A DNA stretch of 64,000 nt, taken from positions 248,001-312,000 of the forward strand of contig NIVC01000305.1 in the NCBI GenBank assembly GCA_002269645.1, written 5' to 3'. A program made the position numbers and the translations under genes. Positions within the stretch are counted from its first letter, which is position 1, and every line of letters starts with the position of its first letter. This DNA is from Macrostomum lignano (lineage: Eukaryota). Below are positions 1 through 12,116 of the stretch, piece after piece. Under the pieces are notes generated by a model. It was given only the letters and a program-made list of their open reading frames with translations. It ran no database searches and was not told the DNA's origin.

Positions 1-240
1 AATTATGACGATTTATTAGAGATATTAATATTATATTACTAAGCTCACTATGACGGGGTGATTCGGCGTGCCGAAAGTTACTTAAACTAAATTAAGTTGA
101 TGCGCTAAGCAAAATATCAATTAAGAGATTGAATGTTAACGACAAACGAACTAGTTTACTCCACAAAACAAAACACGGGGAAGGAGGGGTGGGGGTAGGG
201 GAGGATTGAATTGAGGAAGCGACAGGCAAACGGTTATATG

Positions 241-1393
241 TGAGGTGGGGGCGGTTTAGATTGGGTGGTCGTCCGGTGTTCGCTTGATTTAATGTCGAGT
301 TTGAGCGGCTCAGGCCTTTGAATCGGCGCCGTCGTTAGTTCACACGAATTAAATCCGGAAATTTGCGTGGCCGATTCCCAATTTAGAAGTCTCGTAGATA
401 CTCCGTCTGCCGGGGTCCTCAATTCTGGGGGGAGGGTAGTTTTAGTCGTAGGCGAGCGGTCTTCGTTGGCGCGAGCGTTCAGAGCGGGTCCTCAGACACC
501 GAAACTTAATGCACCTCGTATGTTTGACTTGTTACTAACAGTAGAGTAGCGCTGCCACCACCGTAATTTTACGTATTACGGGACGTTAAAGTCTCAGAGC
601 TTTCTTCGAGTTGAGAACTTAGTAGTTTTATATGCCCCGTGGGCAAATGACTCAAAATAGGCTAGGCTTCGGATTAATTAATGAGAGATTAAAGTTGTTG
701 CAAATCGTTTATTAAGTAAAGTGAAGAGATGTTTTAGCTGTTCGTTGGCGACTGAGTTAAACTGGCGACCGTATCAAAATTAATAAAACACGCTAGAGAT
801 GTCCGAGTGACCGAGAAATGGGAATACTCAAGCCTAATCCGGCGGATGATTCGGGCGGTGCCGCGGTGCACTAATAACCAACTTAGAAACAATCGACTTG
901 AACACTTGTCGCAAAGTGAGTCGGGTGGATTTAAATATTAGTAGATAAATTGAATGGGTCGGCGGAGGGAAGGAAGGAGAAGGAGAAGAAGAAGACGAAG
1001 CCGAAGCAGGATGAAAGTTGGGCAACTCCAGGGGGCACCAATAAATAGAAAAAAGTCGTAGCAAATGGACGAATGGGGTCAAACGCTGGAGACAAAAGGT
1101 GGTCGCGGTGACCAAGCATTGAACGGAAGAAATCATCACGGAAATACATGGACACAAACAAAATTACCAAACAAGGGACGCGCAAGGCTAGAAAAAGGGG
1201 CAGGGTGACCAGCGCAGGAATAGGAGAAAAAGATGAAATATCCCAACAGCTGGGGGCACAGGGTGGACACAATAAGCCAAAAACTGGGGACAGCGGAGAA
1301 GGGTCATGGGGTGGTCTAATAGATAAAAATAAAATTTCAAAAAAAATATTAAGCGTTAATTTAAATAGTCAGTGGCAGCCCCCAACTGCCACA
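241..1393. mobile_element. Solo LTR-like element, copy C1 of a ~1 kb family
   Basis: Starts TGAGGTGGGG and ends GTGGCA-n7-TGCCACA (TG...CA). 4-bp TSD tatg at 237-240 and 1394-1397. Shares its core with copies at 1661, 6597, 7646 and 41477. Minus-strand TATA-like and AATAAA motifs suggest minus orientation. Confidence 0.75.
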
Positions 1394-2280
1394 TATGCAA
1401 CACAATTTCGCATACTTCAAAGGGGGGAACAAGGAGGGGAACACCAGGTGGAGCACTAGCTGGAAAAAGGGGGCAAAACCCGGAGAAAAACACATTAAAA
1501 CAAGGGCGGGACCAAGAGAAGGAGCAACAAGGGGAACAAAGGCGGGAGCAACCAAGGGAATGTTAATAAACATTCAAAGGAGCCGTCGGTGACGTCAATT
1601 GTCGCGCCTCCGGAGGGAGACGTCGCGCTGTCGCCAACCGCTGCCTGAAGCCCAGTTGTATGAGGTGGGGTGGAGAAGGTTTTTCTTGGAATGGGTAAAT
1701 TTGAAATTAGTTGATGACAGCAGTTAGGTGGGGCGGATTCCACGTTTCAATTGCCGCCGGCGTTGTGTCCGCACAAATAAAGCCGGAAAAACCGCGCAGA
1801 CAGATCTCAACGAATTTCTTCTCCTTTTACTCCGACAGCCGGGTTCTCAAATCCGGGGGGGGAGGGTAGTCGTAATCGTAGCGGAGCGGTCGTAGAGCGG
1901 CACGGTCGTTCAGATGATAAATCACCGGAGGTTCTGACTCCGTAAATTAAGGCGTCGATGTGTTGAACTTGTTACTTTCAGTAGGGTAGTTGCTGCCACC
2001 ACCGTAATTCTCGTATTACGGAACGTTGATGGTCTCAGAGCTTTCTTTGAGTTGAGACTTCGGTTATTTTACGCCTCACGGGCAAATGATTCAAGATAGG
2101 CTATGGCTTATGTCAACGGAATAATTATTAAATGATTAAGTTTGTCGGTTATTTATTTATTGAAGCAGGTTTTACTGGCTCGCGCGGATGGTTAATAGGT
2201 TGAGACTAATTACTACAGACGATAGATATCGCGGGCGCCGGTGCGTTAATGAAACTTAAAATAAAAGAAAGCTGATACGC

Positions 2281-3399
2281 TGGCTCGCGGCGCGCTGCCT
2301 CTCGTGCTTCGTGCGTACAATGTACCGGAGCAACTGATTTCCGCCATCATGGCGATGTACCAGGACACGACCGCTTCGGTGATGACGCCAGATGGACTGT
2401 CAGACCAATTCAGCACGTCGTCAGGCGTGCTGCAGGGTGACACTTTGGCGCCTTTTCTGTTTGTGCTGGCACTGGACTGGGTGCTGAGAACCGGCCTGCC
2501 CAACCTGGATGACGGCTTCCTTTTGAGAAGACGCACGAGTCGGCGGCACCCGGAGAAGCGGCTCTCCGTTCTCGGCTATGCGGACGACCTCGCGCTACTT
2601 TCATCGACGGCTGAAGGTGCCCAGCGGCTGCTTGATGGCCTGACGGCGGCAGCGGCGCGGGTCGGCCTTAAGCTGAACGCGCGGAAGACGGTAGTGTTCA
2701 CGGTGCCCTCCGACTTGCTGGCCGAGATCAATTACCGAGACGCTGCCGGGAATGCATTTATGCTTACCCGCTGCGAGCGCTTTGTGTACCTCAGCGGCTC
2801 CGTGCCGGACGTTGCCGACGACCTGAAGAGACGACGAGGACTGGCCTGGGCCGCATTTCGATCTGTGCGCTCCGTGCTCCAATCTGAGGCCCTGGACGAC
2901 GGGCTCAAGGCTCGGCTGTTTCAGGCAGTCGTCGAGACTGTCCTGTTGTACAACGCCGAGACTTGGACCCTGACGGACGCCTTGGAGAGGCAGCTGGACG
3001 CTGCGCATGCGGCAATGCTGCGTGCGGCTTTCGGAGTGCGCAGCGGCCCAGGCAGCGAGACCAATGCCGCGCTCTACACGAGGGCGCGCCTGACGCGGCC
3101 TTCTGACCTGCTGCGCGGGCGGCGACTTCGACTGGCTGGCCACGTCATCCGGTCGGAGGCCCGCTGTCCTGAGCCGCTACACGACGTGCTGCTGCTCAAG
3201 CTGCAGGGACCGCGGAGGCGAGGCCAAGGGCGAACGGTGCGATACCCTGACCGACTTCTGAGCGACGCTGGCGCCCCGGACCAAGCAGGGGGATGCGACT
3301 TCCTGAGGGCAATGGCCCAGAGACGCGCTTTCTGACTGCTCCCCCCTTTCTGGCTACTTTTCGTGGCCGGCGGGAGCAGTACCTTGTTGTTGTTGTTGT
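2281..3399 (+). mobile_element. 5'-truncated RTE-like non-LTR retrotransposon
   Basis: TSD tgatacgc at 2273-2280 and 3400-3407, (GTT)n tail, 3' UTR hairpin actgctccc...gggagcagt. Confidence 0.85.
2304..3335 (+). pseudogene. C-terminal half of a LINE reverse transcriptase (RTE-like)
   Basis: Motifs GVLQGDTLAPFLF, LGYADDLALL, GLKLN, FVYLSG, VETVLLYNAETW, RLRLAGHV. 5'-truncated. Confidence 0.9.
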
Positions 3400-3849
3400 T
3401 GATACGCTAAACTTAACTCGGAAACAAATGACAGGAAGAACAAACCGTAACAACAAAACTAAAGGAAAGAAAGGACAGAAAAAGGGGAAATGAAGAAACG
3501 AAAAACTAAGCAATTGGTATTTATAATAGAAACGTATATTACATCCAAAGCATGGGGGCTAAGTTGGCCAGCGTGGGGGCCATGCAATGGCTAGTGAACC
3601 AAAAATAACTGAAAAAAACACATAAAATGATTAAATTCCACGGGTGATATTGCGTTTAGCCAGAAAATGGGGAGCTAAAAATCAGAGAGTGGTCCTTACT
3701 TGGGACCAGCGGAGGGAGGTGAGGTCATAGTATACCATGGTTGGCCGCACGGGTTGGCATTCACGAAAAAAATATTAGCACGCATTTAAATGTTAGGAAA
3801 TAATTATTTAAAAAAAATTATTGTCCGTGGCAACTCTACTGCCACAATG

Positions 3850-6596
3850 CAGGGATTCTTAGAGCGATATTCAAGATCGATATTTAGAAACAACAAAAAT
3901 ATCTGTTTTTAAAGCACCAAACGCCATGATTTTTTACAGAAGAAACATCACCCACGAAATAAACCGACTTAAAAAATTACAGCTACAGATTGAAAGGATT
4001 TTTTACAATTTGCCAAAAACTGGTGCTTCCCTATCTCCACAGTGTATTAAATTGATATTCGATTTCGAGTACTTCTGCTTGCTCTCTGTCGCTGAAAATT
4101 GACATACAGGACTTCACCCAGACACTAATCGATTATCATAACTCAAACTGAACTCAAAGCTTCATGCTCGAGAACTATTTGAGAAAAACTGATGTTCCTA
4201 TCTCCACAGTGTATTAGATTGATATTCGATTTCGAGTACTTCTGCTTGCTCTCTGTCGCTGAAAATTGACATACAGGACTTCACCCAGACACTAATCGAT
4301 TATCATAACTCAAACTGAACTCAAAGCTTCATGCTCGAGAACTATTTGAGAAAAACTGATGTTCCTATCTCCACAGTGTATTAGATTGATATTCGATTTC
4401 GAGTACTTCTGCTTGCTCTCTGTCGCTGAAAATTGACATACAGGACTTCACCCAGACACTAATCGATTATCATAACTCAAACTGAACTTAAAGCTTCATG
4501 CTCGAGAACTATTCGAGAAAAACTGATGTTCCTATCTCCACAGTGTATTAGATTGATATTCGATTTCGAGTACTTCTGCTTGCTCTCTGTCGCTGAAAAT
4601 TGACATACAGGACTTCACCCAGACACTAATCGATTATCATAACTCAAACTGAACTCAAAGCTTCATGCTCGAGAACTATTCGAGAAAAAACTGATGTTCC
4701 TTTTTCTACAGTGTATTAGATTGATATTCGATTTCGAGTACTTCTGCTTGCTCTCTGTCGCTGAAAATTGACATACAGGACTTCACCCAGACACTAATCG
4801 ATTATCATAACTCAAACTGAACTCAAAGCTTCATGCTCGAGAACTATTCGAGAAAAAACTGATGTTCCTTTTTCTACAGTGTATTAGATTGATATTCGAT
4901 TTCGAGTACTTCTGCTTGCTCTCTGTCGCTGAAAATTGACATACAGGACTTCACCCAGACACTAATCGATTATCATAACTCAAACTGAACTCAAAGCTTC
5001 ATGCTCGAGAACTATTCGAGAAAAACTGATGTTCCTATCTCCACAGTGTATTAGATTGATATTCGATTTCGAGTACTTCTGCTTGCTCTCTGTCGCTGAA
5101 AATTGACATGCAGGACTTCACCCAGACACTAATCGATTATCATAACTCAAACTGAACTCAATTGCTTCATGCTCGAGAACTATTCGAGAAAAAACTGATG
5201 TTCCTTTTTCTACAGTAAAGTGTAACATTTTATATTGAGTTAAAAGTTTTTTTGATCTGAATAAATTATAATTTAGGTGAAACTCAACTAGCTCTTTAGT
5301 CTTACTCATTTAATAAAATAATAATTTAATCATTAGATTAAAAAAGCGGACGGAACACTCGCCCATTGTGGAAAAAAAGTTTAAAAGACATGTTACAGCA
5401 TAGCACGCGCATTTTCATCTAGCAAAAATGAAGCAAAACAAGCAGTTTTTGTTCCTTTCTGCTGTTAAATGCATTCTATGGGTCACATTATTGTAGACCA
5501 AATGCATTTGTCTCAAGAATTGCTGTCTTCATAATTTTATCCTGGTTGTCGAAGTAAGACATCATCCGAAAGGAATGTCTTGCTGTCTAGTAAGGGAACG
5601 AAGAAATTGACTACTCGGATTCAGCATGACAGTAGACCGGCTGATATACTAAAACTTTACTAAAAGCTAAAACTTTCTGCACAAATTCTCATGTATCGTT
5701 GCATCTACTTCTGAAGAGTCAGGGTCGAAAAAATAAAAAACTTGGCCTTCTAAACTTTTTGCACAAATTTGGAGTGGTGCGTCCTTATAGTCTAGAAGTC
5801 CTTGAATAGCGTACGCGTCATGCATATTTAATGCTGCACAAAGTTAAGCCTTTGAATTGTATGCTAATCGATCAGTTGAGTAAATTGGTGCAGTTCGAGC
5901 AGCAGAAGTTTGCCTTTTCTTGCGTTGTCGATGCACAGATGCAGTGGATCCAGTCTAGACATGATGAGCACTCGATCTACCAGAAGTGCATGCACAAGAA
6001 TTTTAAAAGTAAAGTGTACGTGCGTATGCATGGATATTTAGCACAGAGGCTGCAGCAGGTCTTTATATACCTACAAGAATTTTACAACTCACCCAATAAA
6101 TTGTTGCTGCACCGTCTGCTTTTGTGGCTCTTCTGCTTGACAAATGGCACAAAAACCTTGGTTGCTATCGACGGCGTTTTTGCTAGCTGATTACTCGAAC
6201 AACGAAATCGAATATAGCTACATCTACATGTAATACTGTGGAGATAGGAACATCAGTTTTTCTCGAATAGTTCTCGAGCATGAAGCTTTAAGTTCAGTTT
6301 GAGTTATGATAATCGATTAGTGTCTGGGTGAAGTCCTGTATGTCAATTTTCAGCGACAGAGAGCAAGCAGAAGTACTCGAAATCGAATATCAATTTAATA
6401 CACTGTGGAGATAGGAAAGCACCAGTTTTTGGCAAATTGTAAAAAATCCTTTCAATCTGTAGCTGTAATTTTTTAAGTCGGTTTATTTCGTGGGTGATGT
6501 TTCTTCTGTAAAAAATCATGGCGTTTGGTGTTTTAAAAGCAGAGATTTTTAGTTATTTCCAAATATCGATCTTGAATATTGCTCGGGGAATCCCTG
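3850..6596. mobile_element. Non-autonomous DNA transposon with ~550-bp imperfect TIRs (CAGGG termini, hAT-like)
   Basis: cagggattc...gaatccctg ends. 3850-~4250 is the reverse complement of ~6190-6596. No TSD or transposase found. Confidence 0.7.
4031..5215. repeat. Tandem array of a 167-bp unit (~7 copies)
   Basis: Unit starts ctatctccacagtg at 4031, 4198, 4365 and onward. Near-identical copies; ~1.3 inverted units at 6190-6420. Confidence 0.95.
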
Positions 6597-7248
6597 TGAG
6601 GTGGGGGCGGAGAAATTTTACTTGGAATGGGTTTATTTGAAAATTAGTTGCTGACACCAGTGAGGTGGGCGGATTTCACGTTTGAATTGCCGCTGGCGTT
6701 GAGTTCGCACGAATGGTTCCGGAAAATCGCGCAGAAGAATCACAACGAATTACTTTCTCCTGTTTTACTCCGACAGCCGGGTCCTCAAGTTCCGGGGGGA
6801 GGGTAGTTGCAATCGTAGCGGAGCGGTCGTATAGCGGCGCGGTCGTTCAATTGATAAACACCGGAGATTCTGACACCGTAATCTAATGCGTTGGCTTGTC
6901 GAGCTTGTTACTTTCAGTAGGGTAGTTGCTGCCACCACCGTAATTTACGTATTACGGAACGTATGGTCTCAGAGCTTTCTTTGAGATGAGACTTTGGTTA
7001 TTTTACGCCCCACGGGCAAAAGACTCAAAATAGACTATAGGCTTCTTATTAGTTAATGAAAGTATTATCGCTTAATATTATTTATTATTATTATTATTAT
7101 TAACTGACTTTTAAAATAATATTTAGCAGGCAGGTAATAATTATTATGGTGCGATCGAAATGATTTGACGAGCAGAGCCGGAGTAAGGTAGATGAAGAAA
7201 CTAAAAACGTAAAACGTAACAAAAACGCAAGAATAAAAGGAGAGTGAG

Positions 7249-7311
<63 letters not shown>

Positions 7312-7645
7312 GAGTGAATTAGCAGCGCTTGAAACATGCGAGATAAATAGTTAGTATAAATTCCAAGTACAGGGGCGAAACTTGGACGGGTAGCTGGGCA
7401 GCTGGTTGGGCAAAGGAGTGGGCACAAGGTTGAGCGAAGGCAGTTTTACGCAGAAATTAAAAGAAAAGAAAATAACAAACAAGAGTGGGAAACATGGATT
7501 CATAGGTGGGACAAATTGGAGGAACAAAAATTGGGAAAAAGGAAAACATACGGGAAAGTGACTAAATAAACAACTATTGGAAAACAATACGCAAAAATTT
7601 CCGGGAGTTGGGGCACGTAATTAAATTCATAGAAACTGAGGTTAC
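6597..7645. mobile_element. LTR-like copy C3 (right end missing)
   Basis: TGAGGTGGGGG start, core at 6687-7040, internal (GA)n at 7252-7308. No terminal GTGGCA/TGCCACA before C4 begins. Confidence 0.65.
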
Positions 7646-9443
7646 TGAGGTGGGGGTGAAGAAAGTTTTCTTGGAAATTGGTTGGAATTGGTTGGAACGT
7701 TTGAATTGCCGCCGGCGTTGAGTTCGCACGAATAAACCGGAAAAATCGCGCAGACGAATCACAACGTAATATTTCTCCTTTTACTCTGACTGCCGGGTTC
7801 TCAAGTCCGGGGGGAGGGTAGTCGTAATCGTAGCAGAGCGGTCGTTAGCGGCGCGGTCGTTCAAAGAGATGAAACACCAGGGATTCTGTCTCCGTAAATT
7901 AATGCGACGATTTGCTGAGCCTGTTACTCTCAGTAGGGTAGTTGCTGCCACCACCGTAATTTACGTATTACGGGATGATAAGTCTCAGAGCTTCCTTTGA
8001 GATGAGAACTTTGGTTATTTTACGCCCCTCGGGCAAATGACTCACGAAATGCTATGGCTTTAGTTTAAACCACTTCGCGCCCAAGCTTGGTTCTGTAAGA
8101 TGGCTTAAAAGCCCAAAGGCCTGCAGAGCAGTCCATAGACAAATTTGTCTTTTTTGCTGAATCGAGTGCACACCCTAGAAGCCCAGAAGTAAAGTATATC
8201 ACATAGTTTTCAGCTAGCTCCTGTTCAAACCTTCCTACCCACAATGGCTTTTACGCGGCCGAATAGGACAGCTAAAAGTGACGCCTCGCGTAGACTGGGA
8301 CTCGATTCCGATTCTGAAGACGCTTTATCAAGCAATGACTCGACGGTTTTTGAGTCAGAAACGGAGTCGGAAGGCATGGATCCAGAAATTGATCCTGACT
8401 GAAGAGTTTCTCACCACAGTCTTGTCACATGGACCAATGAGCGAATGTGGTTGGCAGTCAGGGAGTTCCAGCAGGAGAGTGCAGAAAATGGCGAGGAAGA
8501 GAGCGAGAGTTGTTGTTGAGCTTAGCCGCGAAGTGCTGGGCGAAGGATACCACATATACACGGACGACTCCCAGCAACGGAAGCCCAGACTCGCCCAAGC
8601 AAACGATTCCGAATTTGAAACCTGACGTTCCTGCTAAGAAGACAGTATTTTGCTGCAGCCAATGTCCCGAAAATCCTGGTCTCTGTCCAGATCCATACTA
8701 ATTCATCCACGCTTTATTTCCCCTTTAAAATTTCCCATTTGAGTGAAAACACAATGGAAATGCATAATGGACGTCTTTAAATCAGTCATGGCCCGCACAG
8801 CAGGCCATACTGGGCACTTTCTTTAGTGATTGGGAGGTGGTTCTTGATGCCATAGACATTTTTCAATCTCTGGGTCTCTGGGCCGTTTCGGTATGGCCTG
8901 CAGTGCAGGCCTTTGGCTTCCAAATGGTTAATGAGTAAATAATAATGGTTAAAGTTTATTAAATTGGCTTATTTTGAGCAGGCTGGATATTAAAAATAAA
9001 TATTACTACGGCGCTACGCGGATGTGACGCGGGCCGAGGCCGAAATAAAAGTTTCAACTGGGCTTAAACGATAAACACAAAAGTAAGAAAAGAAAAGCAG
9101 AGAAACGGGAATGAGAGACAGTCATGTAATCATCGCGTTTAAATAGAGGAGAATTATCGGTCACGCAGCGGGGACAGAGGCTGGACGTGCACATGGGAGA
9201 GAAAATCACGAAAAAGGGCATAATGTGGGGCGGCATAAACACATAAGAAAAAAACAAAAATTTACTGTACACATCCAGCTTCGTGTAATCAAAACACGTT
9301 GCGGGTACAAACAGAATCCAGCATCGGGAGTGATGTCACTCCAAAAATGGGAGAAAACGCGACAATTCACCAGGCACATGCAAAATTAAAAAAATGACAA
9401 ATTCAAGTTTTATCGCATCTTACGTGGCAACCCGCCTGCCACA
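7646..9443. mobile_element. LTR-like copy C4, interrupted by a piggyBac remnant
   Basis: TGAGGTGGGGG start and core at 7706-8060. Family sequence resumes after 8931 and ends GTGGCAacccgccTGCCACA at 9424-9443. Confidence 0.7.
8066..8931 (+). mobile_element. Internally deleted piggyBac-like transposon
   Basis: TTAA near both ends with degenerate inverted repeats (gcccaaaggcctgca / tgcaggcctttggc). Acidic N-terminus MAFTRP..DSDSED, VVELSREVLGEGYHIYTDD (DDE_Tnp_1_7-like) and C-terminal Cys motif KKTVFCCSQCPENPGLCP. Confidence 0.75.
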
Positions 9444-9461
9444 TGCGCAGGGCGGCCGGCA

Positions 9462-10090
9462 TCACTGGCGAAAATTAGCAGCACCCGCTGCCGATGTACG
9501 TCCTCGGCCGCCGCGGCCGTTTGGGCGAGGGTCTCTCGGCTGGTCTTCGGTTGGGACTTGCTGGGTCGGTCGGGCTGGCGCGTTGACCGGCGCCGAGTTG
9601 ACGGCTGGGGGCCATCCTTGGATTGTAACGCGACCGTCGATAATGCGGAGCCGCTCCGGGTACTTCTCGACGGCCGCGTCCCAGAAGGCTTTCAGACGCT
9701 CGTCCCAGCCGGCCTCCAGATGTCCGGCTTCGAAGTAGGCAAGCGCAAGGAAAAGCGCTAGAGCCGGTCGGGCCTGGCTTTTTTGCCGGTGTTCCTCGGC
9801 TCGGCCTAACTGCTCGTCCAGCAGATCGCGAGTTGAAGCCGGAGGCATTATGCCGCAAAGTTGCGCCACGGGGCGTCGATCTGTACACGGCCTTTCTCGG
9901 CGGCCTGCGCAAATGCCTTGAATAGCGCCTGTCTGAGGCGGATGCGCGCCGGTGCTGCACCGGTCGCAGCGGCATTGATGACCCGGAGGGTCATGGCGTC
10001 TTCCTGGCTGAGCCATGGCGCCCGGCGCAGTGAGGCCTCAAGTTCGGGCGCGCGGAGAGCTTGGTCGCTGGCTGACTCTTGGTTTGCCAC
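9462..10090 (-). pseudogene. Unknown ~210-aa ORF with one frameshift near 9850, downstream of the Gypsy integrase
   Basis: ORFs 9848..10090 and 9462..~9850 join into a continuous GC-rich, protein-like sequence. No recognised domain. Confidence 0.4.
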
Positions 10091-10576
10091 TCGTAGGATG
10101 ATTTCCGCAGAAGAAAATCACAAACGGAGCAAAATAAATGAATGGAGCAGCAAAGGAAGCAAAAATATATACAAAGGGTTAATTACAGCGGGGCGATGAG
10201 GGATGATGCGCGGTCGAAAATAATAGCCGAAGAAAGTTGATAGCACGGAGGCAAAGTTAAACAGTTTGAGAAATTTTGGACCAGAGATAAATCGCGGCCT
10301 TAAATACGACGGAAACCTCCAGTCGCTGGAGAAGGTTTCCAACCACGGGGAACGACCACCACCCCGCTTGCACTCTATGGCGGGCACACATGGAGGTGGG
10401 GTGGGTGACAAAAAGTAGAGTCATAAAACGGATAGTTAACCGCGGCTGGTTCGACTTTGCTTTCGTCACTCGACTCGTAGGGCAGCATTGGCCGCTCTGT
10501 CTGGCGCGGCGGCTCCTGCGGTCGATCTGCCATCACTTGCGGCACCTTGATGACGTTATTGCGGTGTACGAGCATC

Positions 10577-11536
10577 TCAGCAGGGCGTCCACGTCGGGCT
10601 GTTGCAGTAGGCTACTTCGCCGACCTTTCTGTTGACTTTGTACATACTCTTGTACGGTCGGTGAAACTTCGGCAGCTCGCCCAACTCGAAATGCGGCGAG
10701 AATCCCGTCTTACGGTTGACAGCTGATCGCAGGGCTGTCAAAGCGGCTGGCAGCATCTTGTCCCTCTGTTGATGATCTTCGAGGAGACAAGTGAGCACCT
10801 TCTTGATGTTTTTGTTGCACGACTCAGCTTGACCGTTGGCCCAGGGCGAGTATGGCGGCGTCGTTGTCTGCCGGATGCCATAGACTTCGCAGAAATGTCG
10901 AAACTCATGCCCAGTGAACTGCTTGCCTTGGTCCGAATGGATCCACGCGGGGATTCCGGTGATCGGGAAGACTTGTTCCTGCAGCAGAGTTATAATTGTC
11001 TTGGCGCGCTGATTTTTCATGGCGAAGGCGAATGGGTACTTCGACGTAGTATCGACGTAGGTTAGGATGTACTTATTGCCTCGGTCTGTCGGGTCTCCAG
11101 TGGGGCCCATGATGTCGATTGCGCATCGCCCATAGATTTCGCAAACCGGGAACGACTGTACATGCGCCGGAACTCGTCGGCGTCCTTTGCTCTGAGTGCA
11201 GGTCTGGCAGGAAGCGACGTAGTCGGACACGGCCTTGGCCAGGGCCGGTCGCCAGAACCTCTCGCGTACCTTTGCGATGGTGAGATATCGGCCCATAAGT
11301 CCGCAGTAGGGCGAACCATGCAGGTCGGCGAACACCGTGGCGTCGAGACTCTTCGGCAGGACGATCCTCGCTTTATCCTCTTCGCCAACATCGTCGAGAT
11401 GGATGACTAATAGTCCGTCGTCTCGGACTTCCAATTGCTCATAGAATGCTAGGAGATTTCGCTCATCTCTTGTTAGATTTAAACACTGATTTAGCGGCGG
11501 CTTCGGTTGTCGAATTTCAATTAAGTTGATCATCAT
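10577..11536 (-). pseudogene. Gypsy integrase (internally deleted C-terminus), element B
   Basis: Zn-binding region H...G...FWRP..CQTC, AIDIMGP, IHSDQGKQF, YSPWANGQAESCNK. Truncated after FELG. Confidence 0.9.
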
Positions 11537-12116
11537 CGCGATGGCGGAGTCAGCACGCTGATGAGTCTGGAGCTCCCGCGAGTGACTGGCCTCGGGATGT
11601 GATCGGTTGGATTCAATACTTGGCGTCGGTTAGTCGAATTAGTCGGCGCGGCTTCGGCTGTGGCGGCATGGTTCGGGGTCTGGAGCTCCCTCCGCACGAT
11701 CGCTACTCTGACCGATTGCCGGGTCGTTGAAGAATTTGAAGGCCGCTCCTTGTCGGTCGTTTCGGCGTCACTTTCGTCGGAATTGGACTCGTCAGCAGAT
11801 GAGGGTGAGTCAGCAGAACTGTCGGCGTCGAGGCTGAATCTCACTTTCTTGAACACAGGACGGCGAGTGGATTGGCAGCGGTCGTCGCTGGCTGCGCTGT
11901 GGTCGCTGTCCTCGTCGCCTTCAGCTAGTAGACGGCGGCTCCTTGACGGGCAACATGTCGTGCTGCTAACGTGCTGGTGGGCGACTTCTGAGAGTCTCGA
12001 AAACGGCTGGCTGATGGCCTCGGCTTACTTACTTACTTACTACTGACGGGGGGCGCAGGCGCCGCGAATAGGCCGCGAGGCCCCTATCGCAACCCCAAGG
12101 TAAAAGAGCACAAGGA

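Larger units (their letters stand above)
1661..3846. mobile_element. LTR-like copy C2, interrupted by an RTE LINE
   Basis: Same TGAGGTGGGG start, conserved core at 1750-2110 and GTGGCAactctacTGCCACA end. LINE inserted at 2281-3399. Flanks tgta/atgc do not form a TSD. Confidence 0.7.

Noticed and set aside
834-1592. Short ORFs in C1 and the purine-rich flanks as small proteins
   Set aside because: Frames are not conserved among the five copies; they reflect compositional strand skew.
1661-2110. Hammerhead ribozyme / retrozyme in the LTR-like family
   Set aside because: No conserved CUGANGA...GAAA core on either strand across the copies.
4031-5215. CRISPR or gene array
   Set aside because: Near-identical 167-bp units without spacers, belonging to a TIR arm.
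5831-6190. 119-aa ORF as the transposase of the TIR element
   Set aside because: No transposase motifs; AT-rich chance ORF.
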